Source of the DNA: Laetmonice hystrix
Lineage: Eukaryota
Assembly (NCBI GenBank): GCA_965235115.1
Contig: OZ249436.1
Span: 2,792,001-2,856,000 of the forward strand
DNA length: 64,000 nt
Direction: 5' to 3'
Part shown: positions 25,693 to 37,900 of the stretch, piece after piece
Layout of the letters: every line of letters starts with the position of its first letter
How positions within the stretch are numbered: position 1 is the first letter of the stretch
The notes under the pieces: model-generated
Seen by the model: only the letters and a program-made list of their open reading frames with translations
The model's database searches: none
What the model was told of the DNA's origin: nothing
Made by a program: the position numbers and the translations under genes

Positions 25693-28600
25693 TTATCCCA
25701 TTCACCTTCTAGGTGAATGGGATTTTGAAATTGTATGGTTTCATCTTCCTTTTTTTTTTTCATTATTATTATCCCATTCACCTTCTAGGTGAATGGGATT
25801 TTGAAATTGTATGGTTTCATCTTCCTTATACATTATTATTATTCCCGTAGATGTAGTAGTAGTAGTAGTAGTAGTAGTTGTTAACTTTGTACCCCTAATT
25901 GGTATTATTATTCAAGATATCTCGATGAAACTTGGCACATAGGTTGGCCATGGGAAGATGAGTTGGCAATGTGACCCATGACGTCGTATGACGTAACGTC
26001 GTGACGTAATGACGTAAAAACCTTTCCAGATATATAGGCCTGTATTTAATGGTAAATTAGACTTTTTGAAAAACTATTGCCACCGTCAGTATTGGACAAG
26101 GGCCTAGCAAAATTGGGGAGGGCAGTTTGACCTTTGACCTTTGACCTATATGAGAACTAGGTCAAAATGTCCCAATCACCTAAATCCTTTCCAGTCCATC
26201 AATTTTTAAAGAAATCCCTTCAAATTTGGCTCATTGATAGACAAGGGAGGCCACATTACAGGTAAGATATGGCTAATTGATTTGACCTATATTTAAAGAG
26301 TCACGTGACTTCAAAGTTAAGAAAAATTTGCTAGAAGGCAATATAGGGCTATAACTCAAGAACGGTGCAAGATAGAGACAAAGTTACTATAGAACGAGTA
26401 TAGGAAGTCATATATATTCTTTCATTATCCACCATTATTTTTCAGGTCACGTGACCTATGACGTCATAAGGAGGTCACCTATATTTTCCAAGAGCTATAA
26501 CTAGTAAATGGTTGAAGATAGAGCCATAGTTACTATTAAACACTAATAGGAAGTCATGTATGATCTTTCATTATACAGCTTTATTTTTCAGGTCACGTGA
26601 CCTAATGACGTCATAAGGAGGTGACCTGTATTTTACCAGGGCTATAACTAGTAAATGGTTGAAGATAGAGCCATAGTTACTATTACACACAAATATGAAG
26701 TCATATATGATCTTTCATTATGGAGCTTTATTTTTCAGGTCACGTGACCTAATGACGTCATAAGGAGCTGACCTGTATTTTACCATGGCTATAACTAGTA
26801 AATGGTTGAAGATAGAGCTATAGTTACTATTAAACACTAATAGGAAGTCATACATGGTCTTTCATTATGCACCTTTATTTTTCAGGTCACGTGACCTATG
26901 ACGTCATAAGGAGGTCACCTATATTTTCCAAGGGCTATGACTATTAAATGGTTAAAGATAGAGCCAAAGTTACTATAGAACATGTATAGGAAGTCATATA
27001 TGCTCTTCCATTATACACCATTATTTTATAGGTCACGTGACCTATGACGTCATAACGAGGTCACCTATATTTTCTCAGGGCTATAACTTGTAAATGGTTG
27101 AAGTTAGAGGTATAGTTACTATTAAACACGTATAGGAAGTCATGTATGGTCTTTCATTATACACCTTTATTTTTTAGGTCACGTGACCTATGACGTCATA
27201 ACGAGGTCACCTATATTTTCTCAGGGCTATAACTTGTAAATGGTTAAAGTTAGAGGTATAGTTACTATTAAACACATATAGGAAGTCATGTATGGCCTTT
27301 CGAATGATACCATTTTTATTTAGGTCACGTGACCCTACGTGACCCTATGACGTCATCGGTATTTTCAGATAGCAGTATCTTGGAAACAGAGCCAGATAGA
27401 CCCTTAGTTACTATTGAAGACAGATAGGAAGTCATGTATGGCCTTTCAAATGATACCATTTTTATTTAGGTCACGTGACCCTACGTGACCCTATGACGTC
27501 ATCGGTATTTTCAGATAGCAGTAACTTGGAAACAGAGCCAGATAGACCCTTAGTTACTATTGAAGACAGATAGGAAGTCATGTATGGCCTTTCAAATGAT
27601 ACCATTTTTATTTAGGTCACGTGACCCTACGTGACCCTATGACGTCATCGATATTTTCAGATAGCAGTAACTTGGAAACAGAGCTAGATAGGCCCATAGT
27701 TACTATTGGGGACAGATAGGAAGTCATATATGGCCTTTCAAATGACACCATTTTTATTTAGGTCACCTGGCTCTACCTGACCCTATGACGTCATCGGTAA
27801 TTTCAGATGACTGTAACTTGGTAAAAGAGCCAGATGTGTGCATGGTTACTAATTAAACTCATGGGACATCTTATATCACCTTTCATTTCCCTATTTAAAT
27901 GCTGTCACGTGACCCCATCTGGCTCCATGACCCTTTTTACGTCATTTTCAACCAAAAATCAGTAATATCTCGAAAACGGTTAAAGATATCAACGTCTGGT
28001 TTTCGCCATTGGGGTTAAGATGGAAAACTTGACCCATTTTCCTCGAATTTGAAAAATCCAAGATGGCGGCCAAGTTGACCTAATTTTTTATTATAACACC
28101 ATTGGATTGGGTAATGGGTCAGCTATCTCTGACACCGAGATGGCTCCCCTAAAATCAATAGTTTTCATGTTATGGCCCCTCAAAGTTGGCCCTTTTAGGT
28201 CATTTTCAACCAAAAATCATTGATAACTCTAAAACGGTTAAAGATATCAACGTCTGGTTTTCGCCATTGGGGTTAGGATGGAAAACTTGACCCATTTTCC
28301 TCAAATTTGAAAAATCCAAGATGGCGGCCAAGTTGACCTAATTTTTGATTTTAAGACCATTGGATTGGGTAATGGGTCAGCTGTCTCTGACACCGAGATG
28401 GCTCCCCTAAAATCAATAGTTTTCATGTTATGGCCCCTCAAAGTTGGCCCTTTTACGTCATTTTCAACCAAAAATCAGTGATATCTCGAAAACGGTTTAA
28501 GATATCAACGTCTGGTTTTCGCCATTGGGGTTAAGATGGAAAACTTGACCCATTTTCCTCGAATTTGAAAAATCCAAGATGGCGGCCAAGTTGACCTAAT

Positions 28601-30624
28601 ATGTTGGATAATTGCCGGGAATCCTCCAAAACATGTTTCATAGTATGTCCCTTTAAATCCTTTCAACTCCCTCAAATTTAAAAGAAATTCTATGAAACTC
28701 ATGCAAGAACATTAGTGGCCTCAGTACAGGAACGACGGGATTAAGCGATCTGACCTATATTAAGCAAGTCACGTGTCCTCAAATTTGAGGAAAACTTGTG
28801 AGAAGTCGGTATGGGGCTATAACTGAAGAACGGTGCAAGATAGAGGCAAAGTTACTATAGAACACGTATAGGAAGTTCTATATCCTCTTTCATTGTGCAC
28901 CTTTATTTTTAAGGTAACGTGACCTATGACGTCATACCTAGGTTACCTATATTTTCCCAGGGCTATAACTTGTAAATGGTTGAAGATAGAGTGATAGTTA
29001 CTATTAAACACTAATAGGAAGTCATACATGCTCTTTCATTATGCCCCTTTATTTTTGAGGTCACGTGACCTATGACGTCGTAATGAGGTCACCTATGTTT
29101 TCTCAGGGTTATAACTTGTAAATGGTTGAAGATAGAGCCAGAGTTACTATTAAACACTAATAGGAAGTCATATATGCTTTTTCATCATAAACCTTTATTT
29201 TTCAGGTCACGTGACCTATGACGTCATAAGGAAGTCACCTAGATTTTCTCAGGGTTTTTAACTTCTAAATTATAAATTGTAGGTTCCACATGCCAAGTTG
29301 TCATGACCATCTGATCTATGACCTCAATTGACCTCAAGTAGTAATAAATACAATTACACAATTTTTAACTCGTGAATGGGATTCCTGTGCCATGGCACCT
29401 AGCAACTAGTTATTATTCCTGTAGTTAACTTTTTACCTCTAATTGGTTATAATTGGTCCTTTTTTTCAAGATATCTTAATGAAACTTGGCACATGTATTG
29501 CCCACATGACCCATGACGTCATATGACGTAACGTCATGACGTTATGACATAAAAACGGTTCCACATATATAGGCCTGTATTTCATGGTAAATTAGACTTT
29601 TTGAAAAACTATTGCCACCGTCAGTATTGGACAAGGGTCTAGCAAAATTGTGGAGTCCAGTTTGACCTTTGACCTTTGACCTATATGAGAACTAGGTCAA
29701 AATGTTCCAATCACCTAAATCCTTTCCAGTCCATCAATTTTCAAAGAAATCCCTTCAAACTTGGCTCATTGATAGACAAGGGAGGCCTCATTACAGGTAA
29801 GATAGGCCTAATTGATTTGACCTATATTAAGAGAGTCACGTGACTTCAAAGTTAGGAAAATTTGGCTGGAAGGCAATATTGGGCTATAACTCAAGAACGG
29901 TGCAAGATAGAGGCAAAGTTACTATAGAACACTTATAGGAAGTCATATATCCTCTTTCATTATCCACCATTATTTTTTAGGTCACGTGACCTATGACGTC
30001 ATAAGGAGGTCACCTATAGTTTCCAAGGGCTATAACTAGTAAATGGTTGAATATAGAGCCATAGTTACTATTAAACACTAGTAGGAAGTCATATATGATC
30101 TTTCATTATACAGCTTTATTTTTCAGGTCACGTGACCTAATGACGTCATAAGGAGGTGACCTGTATTTTACCAGGGCTATAACTTGTAAATGGTTGAAGA
30201 TAGAGCCATCGTTACTATTAAACACTAATAGGAAGTCATATATGGTCTTTCATTATGCACCTTTATTTTTTAGGTCACGTGACCTATGACGTCATAATGA
30301 GGTCACCTTGATTTTCTCAGGGTTATAACTTCTGAATGGTTGAAGATACAGTCAAAGTTACTATTAAACACTAATAGGAAGTCATATATGCTCTTTCATT
30401 ATGCACCTTCATTTTTCAGGTCACGTGACCTATGACGTCATAAGGAGGTCACCTAGATTTTCTCTGGGTTTAACTTCTAAATTCTAAATTGTAGGTTCCA
30501 CATGCCAAGTTGTCATGACCATATGATCCATGACCTCAATTGACCTCAAGTAGCAATAAATACAATTACACAATTTTTAATTGGTGAATGGGATACCTGT
30601 GCCCATGGCACCTGGCAACTAGTT
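25693..30624 (+). mobile_element. Non-autonomous Helentron (HINE), family 2, outer copy split by a nested copy
   Basis: 5' hairpin ATCCCATTCACCT-TCT-AGGTGAATGGGAT after a T-run. The body resumes at about 29412. The 3' end has subTIR GGTGAATGGGAT, hairpin GTGCC-CAT-GGCAC and CTAGTT ending at 30624. Confidence 0.85.
25769..29411 (+). mobile_element. HINE family 2, inner nested copy with expanded internal repeats
   Basis: Second identical 5' hairpin at 25771, a (TAG)n microsatellite, ~146-147-bp and 258-bp central tandem repeats, and a 3' end GTGAATGGGAT...GTGCCATGGCAC...CTAGTT ending at 29411. Confidence 0.85.
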
Positions 30625-30724
30625 ATTCCTTGTATTAATATTTTATTGCCAGCCAGTTATGTTCATTGCCATGAATCTGGAATAACTTTAATTAACGTCA
30701 CCATCTGCTGTCATCTGTACGGTG

Positions 30725-31412
30725 GGAACACAGGGTTACTCATGGTAATTACCGTTACTCATGGTTACCAAGATTACCCATGGAAACACACGGTTACTCA
30801 TGGTTACCAAGATTACCCATGGAAACACACGGTTACTCATGGTAATTACCGTTACTCATGGTAACTAAGATTACTCATGGGACACACGGTTACTCATGGT
30901 AACCAAGACTACTCATGGAAACACGGTTACTCATGGTTACCAAGATTACACATGGAAACACAGGGTTACTCATGGTAATTACCGTTACTCATGGTACTCA
31001 TGGGACACACGGTTACTCTTGGTAATTACCGTTACTCATGGTTACCAAGATTACACATGGAAACACAGGGTTACTCATGGTAATTAGTTACTCATGGTTA
31101 CTAAGGTTACTCATGGAAACACACGGTTACTCATGGTAATTACCGTTACTCATGGTTACCAAGATTACCCATGGAAACACACGGTTACTCATGGTTACCA
31201 AGATTACTCATGGAAACACGCGGTTACTCGTGGTAACCAAGACTACTCATGGAAACACACGGTTACTCATGGTAATTACCGTTACTCATGGTAACTAAGA
31301 TTACTCATGGAAACACACGGTTACTCATGGTTACCAAGATTACTCATGGGACACACGGTTACTCTTGGTAACTAAGATTACTCATGGAAACACGCGGTTA
31401 CTCATGGTAACA
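30725..31412. repeat. Complex short-unit minisatellite built on GGTTACTCATGG(T/A)AAC modules
   Basis: Mosaic of ~17-bp modules such as GGTTACTCATGGTTACCAAGATTAC and CATGGAAACACAC. Confidence 0.9.
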
Positions 31413-31422
31413 TTCCAGGAAA

Positions 31423-32345
31423 TCTAGGGTTAGGTTTAGGGGCAGGGATAGGGGTAAGTTATTGGGGGTAGGTTTGTGGAGACCCAGGGTGGGCTGGCTG
31501 AGCCTGCTGGGAGAATGTACCATTATTAGCCAGACAGTCTAGGGTTAGGTTTAGGGGCAGGGATAGGGGTAAATTATTGGGGGTAGGTCTGTGGAGACCC
31601 AGAGTGGGCTGGCTGGGCCTGCTGGGAGAATGCACCATTATTAGCCTGACAGTCTAGGGTTAGGTTTAGGGGCAGGGATAGGGGTAAATTATTGGGGGTA
31701 GGTTTGTGGAGACCCAGAGTGGGCTGGCTGGGCCTGCTGGGAGAATGCACCATTATTAGCCTGACAGTCTAGGGTTAGGTTTAGGGGCAGGGATAGGGGT
31801 AAATTATTGGGGGTAGGTTTGTGGAGACCCAGGGTGGGCTGGCTGAGCCTGCTGGGAGAATGCACTATTATTAGCCTGACAGTCTAGGGTTAGGTTTAGG
31901 GGCAGGGATAGGGGTAAATTATTGGGGGTAGGTTTGTGGAGACCCAGGGTGGGCTGGCTGAGCCTGCTGGGAGAATGCACTATTATTAGCCTGACAGTCT
32001 AGGGTTAGGTTTAGGGGCAGGGATAGGGGTAAATTATTGGGGGTAGGTCTGTGGAGACCCAGGGTGGGCTGGCTGAGCCTGCTGGGAGAATGCACCATTA
32101 TTAGCCTGACAGTCTAGGGTTAGGTTTAGGGGCAGGGATAGGGGTAAATTATTGGGGGTAGGTCTGTGGAGACCCAGGGTGGGCTGGCTGGGCCTGCTGG
32201 GAGAATGTACCATTATTAGCCAGACAGTCTAGGGTTAGGTTTAGGGGCAGGGATAGGGGTAAATTATTGGGGGTAGGTTTGTGGATACCCAGGGTGGGCT
32301 GGCTGAGCCTGCTGGGAGAATGCACTATTATTAGCCCGACAGTCT
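31423..32345. repeat. 115-bp G-rich tandem repeat, 8 copies, with telomere-like TAGGGTTAGG
   Basis: TCTAGGGTTAGGTTTAGGGGCAGGGATAGGGG... at 31423, 31538, 31653 and onward. Confidence 0.95.
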
Positions 32346-34712
32346 GGACCGTGATTATCTTGTTTGACTTGACACTAACTATCTTTTCTACGATTAAATT
32401 TATACGGTAAAAACTGCAACGATAAGCAGAATTGTGATGAGCAGTGGATTGGCCTTACTGCCTGACAACTAACAACCAGACATGGCCGTACAGGTTTCAC
32501 TTAGATAAAAGATGATCTGCCATTAGAAGCTCACGGTCAACTAGGTGCAGTTGGTATTTCAGGAGCACTCGGTGCTGCCATCCGATCAACAGTGGGAGTT
32601 TCTGCAGGACAACTATGTCGGTTAGATCACTCCCGAACTAGACACGTTGTGGCGATACCACAATTGATCCCATCCCCGGGGAGTCACGTGATATATGACA
32701 TGTTCTGAGTAGGGTAAACTATGGCTCGATCTTGCACAGTTAATGACCTATAAGCTTCAGAAGATGCCAATGACGTAATTATGAGGTGACACGTCATACT
32801 ATGTAATGAATCTTGGTCTCAAATGAAAGAGCATGTAGGCTATATGACTTCCTATTACTGTTTAATAGTAACTATAGCTCTAACTTCTACCATTTACAAG
32901 TTATAGCCCTGAGAAAAATACCTAAAAAAATGTCAAGTGAAAGATCATATATGACTTCCTATTAGGGTTAAATGGTAACCATTGCTCTATCTTGAATGGT
33001 TTAGGATTTAGAAACCTTCGAAGATGTCAATGGCATCATTATGACATAATAATGATACATTACATCATAAATCTTGGTGTCAATTGAAAGAGCATACAAT
33101 GTATATGACTTCCTATTCCTGTTCAATAGTAACCATGGCTCCATCTTGCACCGTTTACAAGTTATAGGCTGAAGAAATAATGATAACATCATAACGTCAT
33201 GCTCCTCCCGCAGGCATGCACAGATCCAGGTATCGAGATTCTTTGCTGGAATTTAGAAGGTCAAAAAACGCTATTTCTGGAGATAGATGTAAAGTTTCTC
33301 AAAGTATTTAAGGCGCGTGTCGGTAGACCCCATTCTCCGCCAGAACATAGATTCTTTTTCCCTTCAACACGGAACGAACAGGTGCAAAGCATTCCGGCTA
33401 TTTTCAACTAGTTGAGTGATGAATCCACAAAATATAATGCCCTAAAATGGCCCTAAAAGGCGGAAAATCGTTTTATAAGAGCTTTTAATTTTTTAAGATT
33501 TCCCGAGACCCCTCTGCTGAAAATCCTGGACCCGTGGCTAGCCTAACAATAATTTTTTGTCAATTCTTCAAAAAGAAAGAGTGGGGGTATAGAGGGATGT
33601 GCCCACGCCGGGCGGCGCCGGGCGGCGCCACCCGGCACCGATTTTAGCCGCCTGGCACAAAACTAAAATGGTTTAAGTGCTGCCCGGCAGGAATTTTTAT
33701 CAGGCCTATCATCTGAAAAAATATCTCCCCATCTGCACCCCTTGCCAACTGAAAACCTTGCGCCTTCGCTGCTAGCGGAAAACTACCGCCCGGCACTCAT
33801 TTTTTTCTGGGCGCATCTGCCCATGGCAAGTTGACTTGTGCACTGAAAAGTGCTTTCCTATATATTTTAGTATTATACAAAAATGATAGCCTCATAACAT
33901 AACAGTTCAATGTGTCTAATTACAGTGCTAATTTTCTCTTCACCCTTGTTAACATTTCTTCTTGGTAGTAGAGTCGTCGCTTGAGTTTTGAAGCTTTTAT
34001 TCCTGAGGCACACGGTTGTCCCGCTTCGACCAATATGTCACTAGGCAGTCAGTGTCTATATGTTCCTCATAGACAAATCTATATCTCTGTCCTTTCTCTG
34101 CTCCTTCTCCCCTAGTCTCTCTCTCTCTCTCTCTTGGTGCTCTCATATATCCCCTCGTTCCCGTTTTTGCCCCAGTCCCAGTTTAAAGGATGGTCACTGG
34201 TCATTGGCCGGTGGCCCACGTCCAATTAACTGACCGCCCCCTGACCGGCTCCTCTGATTGAGAGCTGCCGCCCTATGGCTGGCATGTTATATGACTGAGA
34301 AGGTACCTCTTCTATAAACAGTCCTTAAGTATTTCTCACAGAGCGTTCCCCTTCTCCCTTCCGCAGACCCGCTCAAGTGATTGCTGCATCTATTGTGTGT
34401 GCTGCTCGCCAGGACGACTGCATACCTGTCTACTGTGCACACCGTTCGTTCACTTCTATCTCTCGCCATTTAGCCAACACGTAGTCATACATCATGAAAC
34501 TTTACCAATAGGTGCGAATGTCATCCACACCAGACTGTTGGCTCAGGCTAAACCAAGTGCAGCTGACCAAAAGCTTGTCGTGTCACTTGAACTCCACAAC
34601 CAACAATCAGTAGTATTGTTTTATTCAGCTCTCCTACATAAGATTCAAAAACAAATGCATTAGGCAGTTACACCTACAGTTCAAAGGCACAGCTAAGTCA
34701 GTTCTGAATACA

Positions 34713-34915
34713 GGTATATCGCCCATGATAACTTAAACTCCACGAAATTTGGTGGAAAGGAAAGATTCATGGCCCTGACCTTATCCCTAACCCCTAACCC
34801 CTAACCCCAGTTCCTACACCTCCCCAAAACATATCCCTACCCTACCCCTATCCCTGATATTAACCCTAACCCCTGCCCAAACATTTCGTGGAAAGTTATC
34901 ATGGGGGATAGAACC
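34713..34915. mobile_element. GG...CC MITE with 8-bp TSD and telomere-like (TAACCC) interior, Merlin- or MULE-like; cargo in the type-A HINE
   Basis: TIRs GGTATATCGCCCATGATAACTT / AAGTTATCATGGGGGATAGAACC flanked by TGAATACA on both sides. The empty site with a single TGAATACA is present in the B units at 37059 and 42619. Confidence 0.8.
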
Positions 34916-37900
34916 TGAATACACAATCATATTCCTCCCTCACTGGGAGGGAGGGGGAGTAGGCCGGCCGGCCGGCCCTTATCACCAGCACTTACGTAAC
35001 TCTCTCCCGGCCTGGCCAGGGACCGGCGGCCGCATCACAGTGGGAGATCTGTGTATTCAGAGATGCCAACAGTCAGACGGCAAAAATATTATTGTGAAGA
35101 CTATACCCATTAAAACTTACAATTCTGGCCATATTACCTTTCCAAAACAAGAACTAAACAGCCAGTGGTATACCTGAATCTATACACTTTGTAATTGTTG
35201 TATTTGTATATGGCTATCTTAAACAGGTTTAAGGTAGAGCCTGTCAACGTCAGATTACATTATTTCATCATAAATAAAAAAGATATTGGTAAATTTATGA
35301 AAAGAAATATGCAAAGTGATCAATCGTCAATAGCAGCACATATCTATTGACCAAATACACGATTCCTATATGACTAAAGCAGTTTTAGAAAAAAATGTCA
35401 AAAGTGACAAACTTCAAAGTCACGTGGTTCGGTAAAAATAGGTCAAATCGCTAATCCTTGGAATCGTATTGTGAACCTTTCGTTAGAGAGTGTTTCTGCC
35501 GAATATTGTCGAATTTTACCAAAAAATAGAAAAGGAGAAGCAATTTAACTGATTTGTGACCAATGACCCAGTTCACCCTAAGGTCAAAGGTCAAAGGTCA
35601 AATCAAGACTCAAATTGAGGCAGCACCTATGGCCGATTATGAGGCCATGACGGGTTTTAAAAAAAATTCCCAATATGAGCTTAAAAATGGCTTCAATTTT
35701 CATAATACGTTTGACGTCATCACGTTATGACGTGACGTCACATGACGTCAGGATTCTATGCCTGACCATACTTCGTCATTGTCAAGATGTGTGCCAAATT
35801 TCATTTCGATATTTTGAAAATTGACTGAGATAGACATACAAGTTTACTACTACTACTACTACTACTACTACAACTACGACGCCAAAAACTAGACACGTTG
35901 TGGCGATACCACAATAGATCCCATCCCCGGGGAGTCACGTGATATATGACTTCCTATTCCTGTTCAATAGTAACCATGGCTCAATCTTTCACCGTTTACG
36001 AGTTGGAGGCTTAGGAAAATAATCTTAATATCATTATAATCTCATACGTCATGATCCTGCTTTCATGCAGGCTCAGATCCAGTACCGCAAGAAAGGAGGG
36101 GCACCAAAGGTGCAAGGCAAACATGGGCGCGGGGGGGGGGGACTTGAATTTAGAAAGTCAAAGAACGTTACTTCTGGAGCTAGATGTGAAGTTTCTCAAA
36201 GTATTTCAGGCGCATGTAGGGGTCCGGGGGTTGGACCCCCTCTCCTGCTCCCCCAGAGCATAGATTCATTTTTCCTTAGATTCAGCGGGACACCATCGAA
36301 CGAACAGGTGCAAAGCATTCTGCCTATTTTAAACTGGTTGAGTGATGAATAGGCCTACAAAAAATATAGTGCACTAAATGGGTCCATAAAAGGCTTCTAA
36401 TTTAAAAAAAAAAACATTTCGGCGACCACCCTGCTGAAAATCCTAGATACGTGGCTGTATTTAGACCTAGCCTAACAATAATGTCAATTCTTTAAAAAGA
36501 AAGAGTGCAGATACGCCCCTGACATGTCGAAAGGGATCATAGATATCTACTGCATGGTATATCTACCTATTTTGATATTAATCATTGTGGAAGGATACAT
36601 TAAAATCGTAATTATATATCTAGAGACTCTGATTGCCAAGCAATACAGGTAGGTCCCATTTCCCGAATGGTTTTCTATCATTACCTACATTTTTCTCTCA
36701 TTTAATTATTGTCCCAACAATAGCGTCATTTCCATTCACATGGAAGTTACTAAGTATTCTTTTGACATTATGAAATATTATAGTCCTGATGGATTATATG
36801 GATTATACCCGTTACGGGCATCATGACAAATATCACAGACTCAAGAACAATAGGTGCGAATGCCATCCACACCAGGCTGTTGGCTCACGCTGAAACCAAG
36901 TGCAGCTGGCCAAAAGTTTGCCGTGTCTCTTGAACTCCACAGCCAACAATCAGTAGTAGCCTAGTGTTTTATTCAGCTCTCCTATGTAAGATTTAAAAAC
37001 AAATGCATGGAGACAGTAACACAGTTCAAAGGCACAGCTAATTCAGTTATGTCAGTTCTGAATACACAATCATCCTCCACCAAACCGACCCTGACTGGGA
37101 GGGAGGGGGCGGAGTCACAACCCGCCTGCCGACCCGGCCGCCTGGCCGGCCCTTATCACCAGCGCTTACGTAACCCTCTGCCGACCCTGGCTCTGGCCTC
37201 CCAGCAGGTGATTTGTGTATTCAGAGATGCCACCTGTCAGAGTGTAAAAATATTATAGTGAAGACTATACCCATTAAAACTTACAATTCTGGCCATATTA
37301 CCTTTCCAAAACAAGAACTAAACAGTCAGTGGTATACCTGAATCTATACACTTTGTAATTGTTGTATTTGTATATGGCTATCTTAAACAGGTTTAAGGTA
37401 GAGCCTGTCAACGTCAGATTACATTATTTCATCATAAATAAAAAAGATATTGGTAAATTTATGAAAAGAAATATGCAAAGTGACCAATCGTCAATAGCAG
37501 CACATATCTAGTGACCAAATACACGATTCCTATATGACTAAAGCAGTTTTAGAAAAAAATGTCAAAAGTGACAAACTTCAAAGTCACGTGGTTCGGCGAA
37601 AATAGGTCAAATCGCTAATCCTTGGAATCGTATTGTGAACCTTTCGTTAGAGAGTGTTTTTGCCGAATATTGTCGAATTTTACCAAAAAATAGAGAAGGA
37701 GAAGCAATTTAACCGATTTGTGACCAATGACCCAGTTCACCCTAAGGTCAAAGGTCAAAGGTCAAATCAAGACTCAAATTGAGGCAGCACCTTTGGCCGA
37801 TTATGAGGGCATGGCGGGTTTTTAAAAAAAATTCCCAATATGAGCTTAAAAATGGCTTCAATTTTCATAATACGTTTGACGTCATCACGTCATGACGTGA

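Noticed and set aside
34780..34875. Interstitial telomere or chromosome fusion site
   Set aside because: The few degenerate TAACCC(C) units lie inside a TSD-flanked MITE.
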